Below are positions 50,099-64,000 of a stretch of DNA of 64,000 nt, piece by piece. How positions within the stretch are numbered: position 1 is the stretch's first letter; the number at the start of each line of letters is the position of its first letter. The notes under the pieces are model-generated. The model was not told the origin of the DNA and searched no databases. It was given only the letters and a program-made list of their open reading frames with translations. A program made the translations under genes and the position numbers. The stretch is from Octopus sinensis (Eukaryota), in NCBI RefSeq assembly GCF_006345805.1, contig NC_043011.1, forward strand, positions 36,282,464 through 36,346,463, in the 5' to 3' direction.

Positions 50099-50188
50099 GT
50101 TATTGTTCAGGTCACTGCTTGGAATTGAACTAGGAATATTGGGGTTAGTAGCCCGCACTGTTAACCCCTATGCTACATGCTTGTGGGC
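48720..50188 (-). mobile_element. SINE family E with two 582-bp-period inserts in its (AAT)n
   Basis: Tail at 48720-48873 with HHR at 48773-48818 (GACAC CTGATGA A AGCTG...CAGCC GAAAT GTT GTGTT). Head at 50105-50188. Confidence 0.75.
48948..50052. mobile_element. Two apparently identical copies of an unclassified element of about 520 bp flanked by (TTA)n
   Basis: GAGTGAGAGAACAGTGCATGCC...CAGTTAAGTTATTTTAACCACT at 48948-49470 and 49530-50052. I saw no difference between them by eye. Confidence 0.85.
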
Positions 50189-50274
50189 TTAGGAGGTTTT
50201 GCTTTTTTAGTACCTGTCTCACTTTCCACCTTAGTTCATCTCCCTGAGCTTTTGGTATCTTTATGGTTTTCTCT

Positions 50275-50570
50275 TATGCCCACGGGCATATGGCGTAGTG
50301 GTTAAGAGTGCAGGCTACTAACACCAAGGTTCCAAGTTTGATTCCAAGCAGTGACCTGAACAATAACAATAACAATAACAATGATAATAACAATAATAGT
50401 AATAATAACAATAATAATAAAAATAATAATGATAACATCGAAAATACCTTAGGAATGAGAACCCAGGTTCGAAATTTCCCCAAGACACCTGAAAAAAGCT
50501 GCAGGGTATATCAGCGGAAACATTGTGTTAACAACAAACAAGATGAGGACAAATATCCGTTGAATGTTGA
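50275..50570 (+). mobile_element. SINE family E, full length, with a decayed HHR
   Basis: TTATGCCCACGGGCATATGGCGTAGTGGTTAAG...CAGTGACCTGAAC, then (AAT)n, then TACCTTAGGAATGAGAACCCAGGTTCGAAATTTCCCCAAGACACCTGAAAAA...GAAACATTGTGTT. Confidence 0.8.
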
Positions 50571-52579
50571 ACAGATAGAATATTTGGGCCTGATATGGTC
50601 AGTTTAAATGCTAAAGGACTTAAATGTCCAACTATGCTTGTCTACATTTTGGGGTCAAGCCAATGAGGGACCCATTACATCAGGGATTCTCAAATAACTA
50701 TTGCTTAGTGTCCAGCTTTTTCTGATTAGCACTTTTACAAAAACACTCAAGTCATGTTACGTAATGAATAAATATAAGAAATAAGCTGTAATTATTTTAA
50801 TCAAACAGAAGCTAATTTTGACAGTGGTTTACTATCTTTTATTTTATATTTGCTTTAGTCTTCAGAATGTGACCCAGCTGGGGCTCTACCCTGAAGAAAC
50901 ATTTTAGTTGAAGGAATCAACCCCGACTGTCAAGCAGTGATGAGGAAAACACACACACACACACACATATATATGCCATGGGCTTCTTTCAGTTTCTGTC
51001 TACTTTGTCTATATTAATTTCCCCCAATCCATTCACAAGGCTTTTGTTGACCCCAGGCTATAGTAGAAGACACTTGCCCAGCTCAGCACCTTTTTCCTGT
51101 GAGCTTGCTGTCTTTTAAAATATATTTATTGTTTCTGCTTTAAATATTTTAATTCTAGAAAAATAATGATGAGCCTAGTTAGTACTTGGATGGATGACCA
51201 CTTGGGAAACCTTCGTATCTTGTTTTATGATGGAGTGCTGGTAGAATCCTTATAATGCTGGGCAAAATGCTTAGTGGCATTTTGTCTGTTTTCAGGTTCT
51301 GAGTTCAAATTCCACTGAGGTCAACTTTGCCTTTCACCCTTATTTTATTGATAGCAATAAAACAAGTACCTGTTGAACACTGGGGTGAATGTAATTGACT
51401 TACCCCTCCCCCTAAATTGCTGGTCTTGTGTCGAAATTTGAAATCAATATTCACTGATCCCTTGTGAGTAATTTGATGATAGTTCTACCTTTGAACCCTA
51501 TCAGGGAAGTTAAAAAAAACACATGTCTTGGCTAAGAATCTTTTGAATGTCACACCTCACTGCCTTAAAAGTGATTAATTGATCAGACAATGCAGTACGG
51601 TGTCTATCTTTTTAATCAAAACTGACTTTTGTGTAAATAAATACAAATGTCTCTTTCCTCAATGTATGATTTAAAGTGATATAACTGCATACATCAAAGT
51701 TGCATAGATTCCTTTGCAATTCCTCTTTTGCCTTCAGAGTTAATATTTTCCCTTTTCCCCTCTCCACCACAAAAAAAAAGTGTTTTGTCTTCAAAGAAAG
51801 TCAAGCACTTTTAATGTCCAATGATTGCATGAAAAGAAGAACCAAATCTACTTCAAATCACATTTTATCATTTTTGCAGGGGAAAAAAAAGATATCAATA
51901 ACAACATTAATGACCACAACACAATGTATACTAATTAAAAATTGTAACTGACTTCTGAACTCAGTTCATTTAGGAATATGACACTGACTTTGATAATCAG
52001 CTCTTAGCACTGCAGTAATTAATACTAATTACTTTATCAGTTCAGCTTATTCATCACTCCATAGAATGATGACCAAGATATCTGTAATGCCAGGATTATG
52101 TGAATGGATTGCAGATAGCATCACTGAGTTAATATTCTCTAAATAATTGACTTTTCTACACCAAAAATAATTAGTAATTTTACATAGAATTAATTAGTAA
52201 TTTTACATAGAAATTACTCCATGATTCTGTCTATGCTATGCTGATGAGATCATAACAACACTGAAACATGTCTGGAGTTGTCTCTTCTACATAATAGAAT
52301 AATTACATATAGTTTATTTTTGAATGTTTTCTTTAGTTTCTTAGTGTTCCTTGCATTAACTTAACTACTGCAGCAAAATGGGTGCATTGTTCAAGGAGTC
52401 TCTGCCTTCGATATGACAGTGAGAAATAACAAAAAATGATATTATATCTCTCTTTTTTTTCCCATAATACAGACAGAAATTTTCATCTGATATATCGAAA
52501 TAGATATTTTCATGAAACTAAACAAATATGCTCCTAAACTTACTATATTTTTTGTATCACTTACATAGATATGCATAGG

Positions 52580-52990
52580 AATGGCTGTGTGGTAAGTAGC
52601 TTGCTTACCAATCACATGGTTCCGGATTCAGTCCCACTGCATGGCACATTGGAGAAGTGTCTTCTACTATAGCCTAGAGCTGATCAGAGTCTTGTGAGTG
52701 GATTTGGTAGATGGAAACTGAAAGAAGCCTGTTGTATATATATATATATATATGCCTGTGTGTGTGTGTGTGTCTGTCTGTTTATGTGTCTGTGTTTGTA
52801 ACACCACCATCACTTGACAGCCGATGTTGGTGTGTTTACATTCCCATAACTAAGAGGTCTGGCAAAAGAGGCCAATACAATAAGTACTAGGCTTACGAAG
52901 AATAAGTGTTGGAGGGTGTCGATCTGTTTGACTAAATGTGGTGCTCCAGCATGGCTGCAGTCAAATGACTGAAACAAATGAAAGTGTAAA
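52580..52990 (+). mobile_element. SINE family A
   Basis: Diagnostic head, core and tail motifs. Confidence 0.85.
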
Positions 52991-53529
52991 AGAAAATGTG
53001 TATGTATTATACATATTATACGTATAATACATATATCTGTATATACACATGCACACACACATACATATTTAGGTAGGTAGATAGATAGATAGATACATAG
53101 ATAGATAGATAGATGTGTGTGGAAAATTTGACAATGGTTATATAGCGTAACTGTTGCTATTAATTACATGCACACACACATACACACACACACATACACA
53201 CATATATATGCACACCATTAAAATATTTTAGACATCAAAAATAGAAACACTACACACACACATATGTGTGTGTGTGTGTATGTGTGCACGCATGTATATG
53301 TATGTATGTATATAATGTTTGAAACAAAAAATTCCCTTATAAGGTAAAATATAGAAAAAATATTTTCATTATCACTTATATTCCTTTTCAAATTTTTTAC
53401 TACTACTACTACTACTGCTGCTGCTACTGCTGCTTCTACTGCTACTACTAGTTGTAGTAGTAGCAGTAGTAGTAATAGTAGTACGTTTTTGCTGCAAAAG
53501 TAGAGGCTGTTTTAAATGTAGTGTTGTAA

Positions 53530-54120
<591 letters not shown>

Positions 54121-54811
54121 TATTATTGACTTAAATCTAAACAAACCTAAAAGCTAAAACTAAATATATATATATCAAGAGGAAAAAATAAAAAGGAAAT
54201 AAGAATACAAGCAAAGAAAAATAGATTTAAAAAATAATACAGGAATTTTACAACTAAATTAATATGAAAAAAAAACAGAAACAAAAACCAAAGAATGTGA
54301 AACAACATAAACTACCACCACCACCACCACCACCACCACCACCACAACCACCACAACTGCCGCCATCACCATTACCATTTTACATCACTATGGCCCTTGG
54401 AAAAAGAAACTAGTATAAAAGTCGGAAACACGCTTCAAGAACTTTAAAATTATTTTAGAATGTACATAGGAAATGTGTTGTAGAAAAATGTAAACAAAAT
54501 GTATTTCTTATACACCGGAGGGCTCCAATGAAAGGTAAATTATTTCCTAATTTGTAGAAATAATGTTTTTTTTTATTGTAAATACAAAATACAAATTTGT
54601 ATTTATGCAAGAGCGTGCATATGCCTGTGTGTGTGTGTGCGTGTGTGAGTGTATATGTTTGCCAACTTTTAATGTTTACATACTCTTGGATTCATTATTT
54701 ATTTATCATGATTTATATATGTGTATATATTAAAATAAAAAGTTTTTTTTGTGTGTATACTTATCTCTCTCTCACACACTTTCTTATCTGTCACACTTTC
54801 TCCCTCCCCAC

Positions 54812-54858
<47 letters not shown>

Positions 54859-55319
54859 GAACAAACAGTTATAGTACTCAGAGTTTCGAATGCTGAAGTG
54901 AAGAGCTACAATATATTCTCATCAACTATCAATGGCAACGGATGCTATGTATAACTGTTAAATATAAAAGAAGTATTTCTAATAATTGGAAAAAGAAAAA
55001 AGGAAAACGATTAAATATTATAAATATATACACACAACCATATTCATACAATACATAGACATAAACCTCCTGCTTTCACATCTACATATGTACACGCTCA
55101 CACAAACAGATATATGTACATGCACACACACACATACAGAAACATATATATACGTACTCATATATACACACATATCCACACACACATACACACATGTATA
55201 TATATATATGTATATAAGTATGCAACATTATCCTCATATACACATTAGTGTTTACATGCATACATGTAACATATATGTATTTATATATATATGTATGTAT
55301 AAATATATGTATAAAACCA

Positions 55320-55990
55320 TAGTTTTGTTCCATTGCAATAGGGTCCACAAGTTTCCAGTAATTCCCACCTGATGCTAAAGGGCGTATGATCGCTCTTTAG
55401 GCACCGTACGTATGCTGCGAGTGTCATTGTGTTGCATTTCTCCAAGACCCTGAAAGAAGATCTGTGGTTGTTCAAGCAAATTTTAAATTTGGATTCACAA
55501 TATCCGACCACAGATCTTCTTTCAGAGCTCCAGAGAGATGCAACACAATGACATTCACTGTATACGTATGGCACCTAAAGGACAATCATATGCCCTTTAA
55601 GATCAAGTGGAAATTATTGGAAACTTGTGGACCCTATCACAATGGAACAAGACTATGTAAATTGTGTATGGCAGAAAGATATATAATCCTTATTTACTCA
55701 CATGAGCCAGGAGGCTACCTGAACTCTAGGATGGAAGCAGTGGGCAGTTGTTCACATTTTCGGAAATTTTTACTTCAAAATTGGAAAACCTAGCTATCAA
55801 GTGAAGGAAGACAACTCGACCAGCCATAATTTTTTAAGAGGAATATTTCTTTAACTATCACCGGTGTTCTTGTGTTTTAATAAAAACATTCTTTGCAGAG
55901 AACAGTTATCGTGTAGAGAAACTGAAGAGATGTCTAGTTCACGCTAGATATGAAACCAATGGCTTTTTTTTCTAAACTATTGCGTTACAC
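55320..55990 (+). mobile_element. Penelope-like element 3' fragment: GIY-YIG endonuclease C-terminus, 5' inverted duplication and 3' hammerhead
   Basis: ORF 55464-55793 contains DHRSSF...VYVWHLK...IKWKLL...CKLCMAERYII...LNSRME...CSHFRKF, the Cys/His-containing PLE GIY-YIG tail. 55320-55468 is a diverged inverted copy of 55507-55655. HHR at 55915-55973. Confidence 0.8.
55915..55973 (+). ncRNA. Type I hammerhead motif downstream of the PLE ORF
   Basis: AGAGAAA CTGAAGA G ATGTCTAG ttcacg CTAGATAT GAAACC aat GGC T...TTTCT. The cleavage triplet is mutated (U16.1 to C). Confidence 0.6.
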
Positions 55991-56559
55991 ATATAAATAT
56001 ATATATATATCGCAGTGACAGTATGTCGCTAGAAAATATATATACATATATATAAATTGATAGTAAGAACAGAGATTTACATATCCAGTTTTATTCCGCA
56101 GTCAGCCATGTCTTTCCATTTCTGCCCTTACAGATGTTTCTGCTGCACCTAAGGGCACACTGCAAAATTTTGCATCTCGGTTTGCATTTTGGTGTTAATT
56201 GTCGCTTCTTCAGTGTGTTATTAACTGCATTTCAGATGCTGTCTGAACTAAATACATCCAACCAAAACTATCTCATACACATGGTATTATTATTCTAAAA
56301 ATAGCCTAAATTCTGATTGGTTCAACTCTACTGGTTATTATTAATAATCTCCTTATTATTAATTTATTATTTCTTCTCTACCGACAACGTGCAGTCTCTA
56401 TAGAGACATGGATTTATTGATGTGAAGATCACTGAGAAAAGTAAAACAAACTAGAGTCTTCCTACGCTGATGGAGGTTAGCCAGCATTATTAACTGGTAA
56501 TAGTGAATATGGTATCTGATAGGATTAAATATCCCTACCAACCTAATTTGGAAATTTAC

Positions 56560-57110
56560 TTTTAATAACACTTGATTTAGGACGAAATGCAAAATTGACC
56601 TCATCAAAATTTGAACTCAGAACATAAGGATGGATGGTAACGATTCTGCCATCTAGCCACCTTATACAAGATCAATAGTAAAGGTTTCAAATATTTGCAC
56701 AAGGCCAGTAATTTTAGGGGAGGGTGATATCAATGACATTGGCTTCCTTGCTCAAACGATACTTATTTTATTGATCTCAAAAGGATGAAAGTCAGAGTAG
56801 ACCTTGGGAGAATTTGATCTCAGAATGCAAAGAACCAGAAGAAAAGCTGCTAAACACTTTGTCCAACATGCTAGCAATTCTAACAGATAGTCACTTAATA
56901 ATCCTTTCTACTAGAGGCACAAGACCTGAGGAAGGGGACCAGTCAATTGCTTCAACCCCAGTGCTCAACTGGTACTTGATTTATCAACCCTGAAAGGATG
57001 AAAGGCAAAGTCGACCTTGCTGGAATTTGAACTCAGAATGTAACAATGGGTGAAATACTGCTAAGCATTTTGTCCAGAATGCTAATGATTCTGCTAGCTA
57101 ACCACCTTAA
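56560..57110 (-). mobile_element. Family B SINE cluster
   Basis: Reverse-complement family B motifs, at least three partial copies. Confidence 0.75.
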
Positions 57111-58094
57111 GATAGCCAGTGAATAATAACAAATAATAACTAGTGGAAATTCCACAGTCATTTTCAAAATTCTTTGATGGCATTGAATATCTTTCTAAAG
57201 GATTGGACTCTTGAGTGGGAGTGGAAGTCTTTTTTGTTAGTATTAAAGGTGTAATCTTATGAAACCACATTTCTGAAAGTTATATTGCTATGTCTTCTTC
57301 TTTGTGTGTGTTGCTATCTATTATTGTGATTTTTATATTAAGGAATAGTTTCTCAGATGTGAAATGGTAATGCTCATTAAATAAGTTTTAACAACACAGA
57401 CCCTTGCAGCATCAATATGAAAGCAACAATGCAGTAGAATTTCTCCACTTCTCTTCTTTACAGATACATTCATCACTCTTTCATTGGCTATTATTCTTTA
57501 GTCATTATTCATATTATTCAAACTGATAACATATAGTCGAGGTTCCTGTTCATTTACGTCCCTAAAATTTTCCTGGGGTTCTGGTAGTCCTTTTCTCTGA
57601 CAGATTGTTCCATTTTCCAATTAAACTTGCATTATTGCATGAAGAGCAGAAATTTCTGAATCTCACTTTGCTGCCCCCTACCTAAATAAATCTTCAATTA
57701 TTTGTTCTCTTATGGCTAACACTCTTCTCTTTCCTTCTCTCTTTCGCCCCTCCCCTTTATCTAACCATGTGACAGTGTCACATGTTTGGCCTTAGCATAT
57801 TAATATATAGATGTCACCATATCCTATTGCATGATGTTTAAAATCCTGCACCTGCACAATTGGGTTATTCGGAATACACAGATACCTCATGACATATGTG
57901 TGTAGTAATGTTGACTGTTATAGTGTTTTCTAATCCTGTCTTTCTTTTAGAAAGCACAAGCCCTCACTTTCTCTTTATCTCATTCTCTCTTTATTTGCCT
58001 CTCAAAGTTCAACTATAATACATCCCTCTGTACCAAAAGCACTCGTTTTCTCTCTCTTTCTCTCAACCTATTCCTTAAAATAAGTATTCTTTTC

Positions 58095-58680
58095 TATTCT
58101 AGGCACAAGGCCCGAAATTCTTGAGGAGGGTGGCCAGTCTATTAGATCGACCTCTGTACGTAACTGGTACTTAATTTATAGCCCCCAAATAGAAGAAAGG
58201 CAAAGTTGACCTCAGTGGAATTTGAACTCAGAACATAAAGACAGACAAAATACTGCTAAGCATTTCACCTGGCATGTTAACGTTTCTTTTCTGCTCTAGG
58301 CACAAGGCCTGAAATTTGGGGGGAGGGGGCCAGTTGATTAGATTGACTCCAGTACACAGCTGGTACTTAATTTATCAACCCCGAATGGATGAAAGGCAAA
58401 GTTGACCCTGGCGGAATTTGAACTCAGACGAAATACCACTAAGCATTTCGCCTGGAGTGCTAACGTTTCTTTTCTACTCTAGGCACAAGGCCTGAAATTT
58501 TGAGGGAGGAGGCCAGTCGATTAGATCGACCCCAGTACACAACTGGTACTTAATTTATCGACCCTGAAAGGATGAAAGGCAAAGTCAACCTCGGCAGAAT
58601 TTGAACTCAGAATGTAAAGACAGACAAAATACTGCTAAATATTTCACCTGGCATGCTAACACTTCTGCCAGCTCACCACC
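58095..58680 (-). mobile_element. Three head-to-tail family B SINEs
   Basis: TCTAGGCACAAGGCC...TTTGAACTCAG...CTGCTAAGCATTTC repeated three times at a period of about 195 bp. Confidence 0.9.
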
Positions 58681-58879
58681 TTACTTCAAATAAGTATTGA
58701 CACATACATTCGTGTCCATAGAACATGATTACCACTTTATTTTACTGAACCTTCATTTGTCATTCACAAATCCCCTTGTAGTTGCGGGTGGGCCCCCTCA
58801 ATCTCCTGGTAACCAATATTTTTAAACCCAGTCTGCCATTGTATATATATGTATATATGTATATGTATGTATGTATATA

Positions 58880-59140
58880 TATTATCATCATACTCATCAT
58901 CATTGTTTAACGTCCGTTTTCCATGCTAGTATGGGTTGGACGGTTTGACTGGGCTCTGGGAAGCCAAGAAGCTGCACCACGCTCTAGTCTGATCTGGCAG
59001 TGTTTCTGCAGCTTGGATGCCCTTCCTAACGCCAACCACTCCATGAGTGTTGGGGTTGCTTTTTACATGCCACTGGCACAGGGGCCAGAGTAGGCTGGCA
59101 ATGTCCATGATCGGTTGGTGCTTTTTACGTGCCACTGGCA
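58880..59140 (-). mobile_element. SINE family C
   Basis: Reverse complement of the family C tail. Confidence 0.8.
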
Positions 59141-59654
59141 TAAAGAGAGAGAGAGAGAGGTGGTGAGAGTGGAAAAAGTACAAGATAGTGAAAAGGAGAA
59201 ATTAGATGGACTGAAATTTAAAAAATAAGTAGCAAAACCAAATTCTAATTTATAGAAAATCATTTTACTGACCTTTTTATTTTCTTTAATTGTTAAAATG
59301 TATTCTATAACTGATACACATGGCTATGGTTATCTTAAATTTCATCAGAAGGAAAACTGACACAGCTTCTTCCTTGGAAGTCAATCACCAGCTAAGTAAC
59401 CTTAGCCCATCTCAGAGATAAACGAATGGGTTTTACATATGAACTTTGTATTGGATGTGATTTATTATATGTTCGTCACATAAAGGCTAAACGATCAAAA
59501 ACTACTCCCCTTCAAATGATGATAATAAGGATAGTAATAATGATGATGACGATGGTGATGTTAGTAATGAAATTCATAATAATGATAATAAGAATGATTT
59601 TACTGGTAATTACCACTTCCATTACCGCTGCTACTGTCGCTACTACTACTGCTG

Positions 59655-59686
<32 letters not shown>

Positions 59687-60322
59687 GAGAACTTGTGTGT
59701 GATTATATTATGTGTTTGTATGGATTTACATACATGTGTGTGTATGTGTCAGTGTCTGTGTGTGAGTGTGTGCATTGCGTTTGCAGGTGTGTCTGTATGT
59801 GTGTGTGAGTGTGTGTGTGTGTGTAAGCGTGTGTGTGTGAATGGGTATACATGTGTGTGTGTGTGTGTGTCTGTATTTGTGTGCATGTGTGTGTCTTTGT
59901 GTGTGTGTGTGTATGTGTATGAGCTTTGCTTAATGACTGTGTGTTAATCTGAGATCGTTTTTCAAGTGTCCTTTAATTCTTACAAATCATTTAACACTGA
60001 TGTATCTGAAGCTGTCCAATTTAACTGTCTTACAAGCTGGCTACAACACATACATATGCTAAGGATGTAAGTATGTATGTATGTATGTATGTACATACGT
60101 ACGTACGTATGTATCTATGTATGTATGTATGTTTGTACATGTGTATGTATGGATGGATGCATGTATATATATATATGTGTGTGTGTGAATGTTCATATGT
60201 ATATATATATATATATTCATATATTTATATATATATATTCATATATATATTATATATATGTATATAGAGATGTATATATATATATTATATATATATATAA
60301 TATATATATATATACATGTACA

Positions 60323-60372
<50 letters not shown>

Positions 60373-60444
60373 TATATATACACATATATATACATACACA
60401 TATATACATACATATATATAAATACATATACATGTATATATGTG

Positions 60445-60482
<38 letters not shown>

Positions 60483-60627
60483 AATACATAAAAACATTCA
60501 CACATACATATATATGCATACATACATATATAAAGTGATCTGTTTGTGTTCGTGTGCAAGTCTGTATATGTGTGTGTTTGTATAAAATATTTGTATGTAA
60601 GTACATATATGTGTGGTTACACACACA

Positions 60628-60672
<45 letters not shown>

Positions 60673-61389
60673 TAAGTAAGAAAAAAGGTATATTTCTTTC
60701 ACAGAACAACAACAACAACAACACCAAACTATGTAGCTATATTTCTTTTATGATTTTCAGTTCTAGTTTTTATCGACATCTTTTATGGCCTGTTTTTCTT
60801 TTTTCTTTTTTTTTTTTTAGTATTTTTCTATTGATCATCAATTATTAATTTTCTTGTGATTAACATTAACATGGTTGTATCTGATTAGATATTATCACAT
60901 TAATTCTTACTTGTTCTGTCACTATTCTCTGATGTAATTTATGGTCTATATGATATCCGAGGTATACTTTAATGGTTATTACGTTATGAATTACAGTTTT
61001 ATGTTCCTACATATTTAACTGTATACATGAATGGTCAAGTCAACAGAGGGAGGGTCAGTACATCTTGATTTTCCACAGGGTAATGTCTTGGGAGCATCAC
61101 TTTCCTGAGTCCATCATGAAGACATTTACTTCAGTTACTAATTAATTCACCTTTTTACTAAAGGCCTGAAATTTTATTGGGATTACATCGACCCCAGTGT
61201 TGTGGTGGTACTTAATTTTTTGACCCCGAAAGGATGAAGGCAAAGCCAACCTCTACAGAATTTGAACTCAGATTGTAAAGACAGATGAAATGCAGCTATG
61301 CATTTTACTCGGTGTACTAATGATGTTGCTAGCTCACAATTAAGTAATGGTAAAATTCCTCTGTAAGATCTCAAACTGGACAATGCTTT

Positions 61390-62156
61390 AAGTGCTTGTT
61401 AGGTACAGCAGTCTTCATGTAAGTGCTTGAAACATCTTGAAGACCGTCTGCAATTCACACTGGATCTCGACAGCAGTGTTAAAATGATGACCTTTGAGCT
61501 GTATTTTCATCTTGGTGAAGAGATGGGAGTCTGCAGGTACTAAATTTGGTGAATAGGCTGGGTGCAGAAGTGATACCATGCTGTTTTTGGTGAGGAACTC
61601 ATCAGTGAGGAAAGTTTGGTAAAGAATCCAGTTCTTTGCACTCCACAGATCCAGTTGCTTTGTCGAATGCCCTCCATCAGGCACTTCAAAACATCGCAGT
61701 AGAACTCTGAATTGATGATCTGGCCCTGGAAGATGTATTCTTGATGCACAATACTACATTTTAAGGAGTGACGCTTGTGGTAGAGCTTCCAGATTGCCCA
61801 TTGTCTTTCAGTGATTTTCTTCTACTTTTGAAGCAACCATGCTGCTCAGAACAAAGCGTACGACCCTTTGCCTCATCACTGTCAGCTTGCCAAAGCATGC
61901 TTAATGTCTCCATAGCAGACTTCCTAAGTTTAACACAAAATTTCCATTTTCCTGTCCATGACAAAAATCGCAGACTATAGCATACACGTGATCACAAAAA
62001 CACAAATTTTACAACTTGCAAAGTAAATACAGTAATGAACTCGGCACACGGCCTCATGGAGGTCACTGCTAGCTCTCACTATGCCCACAATTATGTGCCA
62101 TAATCTGTTGGCACACTACAGAACTAGTCAGGGTATTTTTGAAAGCCACCTCATAT
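61390..62156 (-). mobile_element. Internally deleted mariner transposon relic
   Basis: Minus-strand fragments KFCVKLRKSAMETLSML, HQEYIFQGQIINSEFYCDVL and HPAYSPNLVPADSHLFTKMKIQLKGHHF (the mariner YSPDLAP motif). TIR-like TATGAGGTGGCTTTCAAAAAATACC at the right end. Confidence 0.85.
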
Positions 62157-62754
62157 ATACATATACAACAGTCCCTGTTTTAGTTTCTATCAATAAAATC
62201 CATTCACAAGGTTTCAGTCAGCCTAGAAGACACTTTCACAAAGTGCTGTGCAGTGGGTTTGAACCCAAGGCTACATGGCTGGAAAGCAACCTTCTTAATC
62301 ACACAACCATGCTTGTACCAATAGTGCCAAAATTCTAGCGTAGAGATTATAAATAGGATTGGAAATTGGAAATAAGTGGTGACACTAAACAGATTAAAAC
62401 AGTCAAATCCATTGCCCAGTTACCAAACTGAACCAGCCTTACATCTTAGCATGTAACTGTTCCTAATTAATTCCACCAACATGGTACAGTGTCTCTCATC
62501 TACTTTGCAAATGAACCAAAAGTTTCCCTGTCCAGGAATATCTTGTCATTTTCAATTATAAGATGCAAATTGCAATTTATTAAATATATCACAGATTCTA
62601 TTTATGGTGTGCTTTTGCATAAGTTACTGATGGTGCTGAGTATACCCATGCTTGTTATCCTGCATGCATGTGTGAATATATGTATGTGTGTGTGCATGTG
62701 CATAAGTCATTCTGGGAAGAATATATATATATGTATATATATATTATATATATA

Positions 62755-62800
<46 letters not shown>

Positions 62801-63674
62801 GTATATATATATGTATATATATGTATATATATATTATATGTATATATATGTATATATATATATATGTATATATATGTATATATATATGTATATGTATATA
62901 TATGTATGTATATGTATGTATGTATATATGTATGTATTTATGTCCATATGTATGTTTATATCAAAGACCGTTTGAGTAAAGGCTTGTGAAGTGATGTTCA
63001 AACTTTTAGGTTTGTGTTCATGTGTGTTCGTGTGAGTACATGTGTTTGTGATTAATTGGATCCCGAGTTTTCTATCAGTCTATGACATCCATTCATCTAA
63101 TAACCAAGATACACATATATTTGCATACATTTATACATAGATTGAAACAGGCACATGCACACATGGAAATAATATATGTACATAAATATACATAATAGAT
63201 ATAAATATATGTAATCATCATCATCAATTAACGTCTATTTATATATATATATATATATATATAGATAGATAGATATATAGATATATAGATATATACATGT
63301 ACATATATGCAAATGTATGTATATAAGTATAAATGTATGTATGTGTGTCAGCCTTTTGTTATATATATGAAGTATGTTTCTAACTTTGCATGCATATATT
63401 ATGGAAATATTTTATGCTTGACATCTAAAAATCTATCTATCTATCATCTATATCCGTGAACATACATGAAGAACTCTCTCTCTCTCTCACACACATACAT
63501 ACTTGCATACATACACACACACATATATATATGCAGATATATTGGTTGAAGGCTAATTATTTCATACATACATATCATTCACTGTTATGTGAGATTCTTA
63601 AGAATTAAACAAGTAGAGTCAATTGATACCACACACACACACACACACATACACACATACACACATACTCACAC

Positions 63675-63686
63675 ACAGATAGATAG

Positions 63687-63752
<66 letters not shown>

Positions 63753-63763
63753 TAGATAGATAG

Positions 63764-63822
<59 letters not shown>
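63675..63822. repeat. (GATA)n/(GACA)n microsatellite
   Basis: Direct reading. Confidence 0.95.
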
Positions 63823-64000
63823 CTGTACATATATACACATAAATAGCTTAGAGCATCCAAGAACGATACAAAAGGGAAACAGTCTGATCTTAAAACTGGG
63901 AGGGGTTGTATTGTGTTATGAAATTAATAGGTAATAATAGAATAGCAATAATAGACAAAGAACATAAAAAAGTGTAAATGAGTGTATTTGATAAAAGAAA

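Overview
AT-rich, microsatellite-saturated eukaryotic DNA. The SINE families and repeat landscape point to an octopus (coleoid cephalopod) genome; this is an inference from recognised repeats, not a database match. I found no confidently supported host protein-coding gene, and almost every ORF in the supplied track is a microsatellite artefact. The window is a mosaic of: at least five SINE families; decayed DNA transposons (an IR/DR Tc1, a pogo-type transposase, a mariner, a Tigger-like MITE, a non-autonomous Helitron); non-LTR retrotransposon fragments (RTE, CR1/L2-like RT, two restriction-like-endonuclease C-termini, a Penelope-like GIY-YIG C-terminus); two recent tandem duplications; and a decayed intron-containing tRNA-Lys(UUU) gene. 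The main hidden signal is about 17 intact or decayed minimal type I hammerhead ribozyme (HHR) motifs in two architectures. The first is long fold-back palindromes sitting in (TA)n tracts with a mirrored HHR in each arm; these link to Penelope-like elements through a GIY-YIG relic with the same inverted geometry and a 3' HHR. The second is a five-copy SINE-like family built as tRNA head + (AAT)n + HHR tail. One copy of it is bracketed by a 10-bp target-site duplication inside a Tc1 terminal repeat, which shows that head and ribozyme tail moved as one unit. All folding was done by eye and no ribozyme activity is demonstrated.
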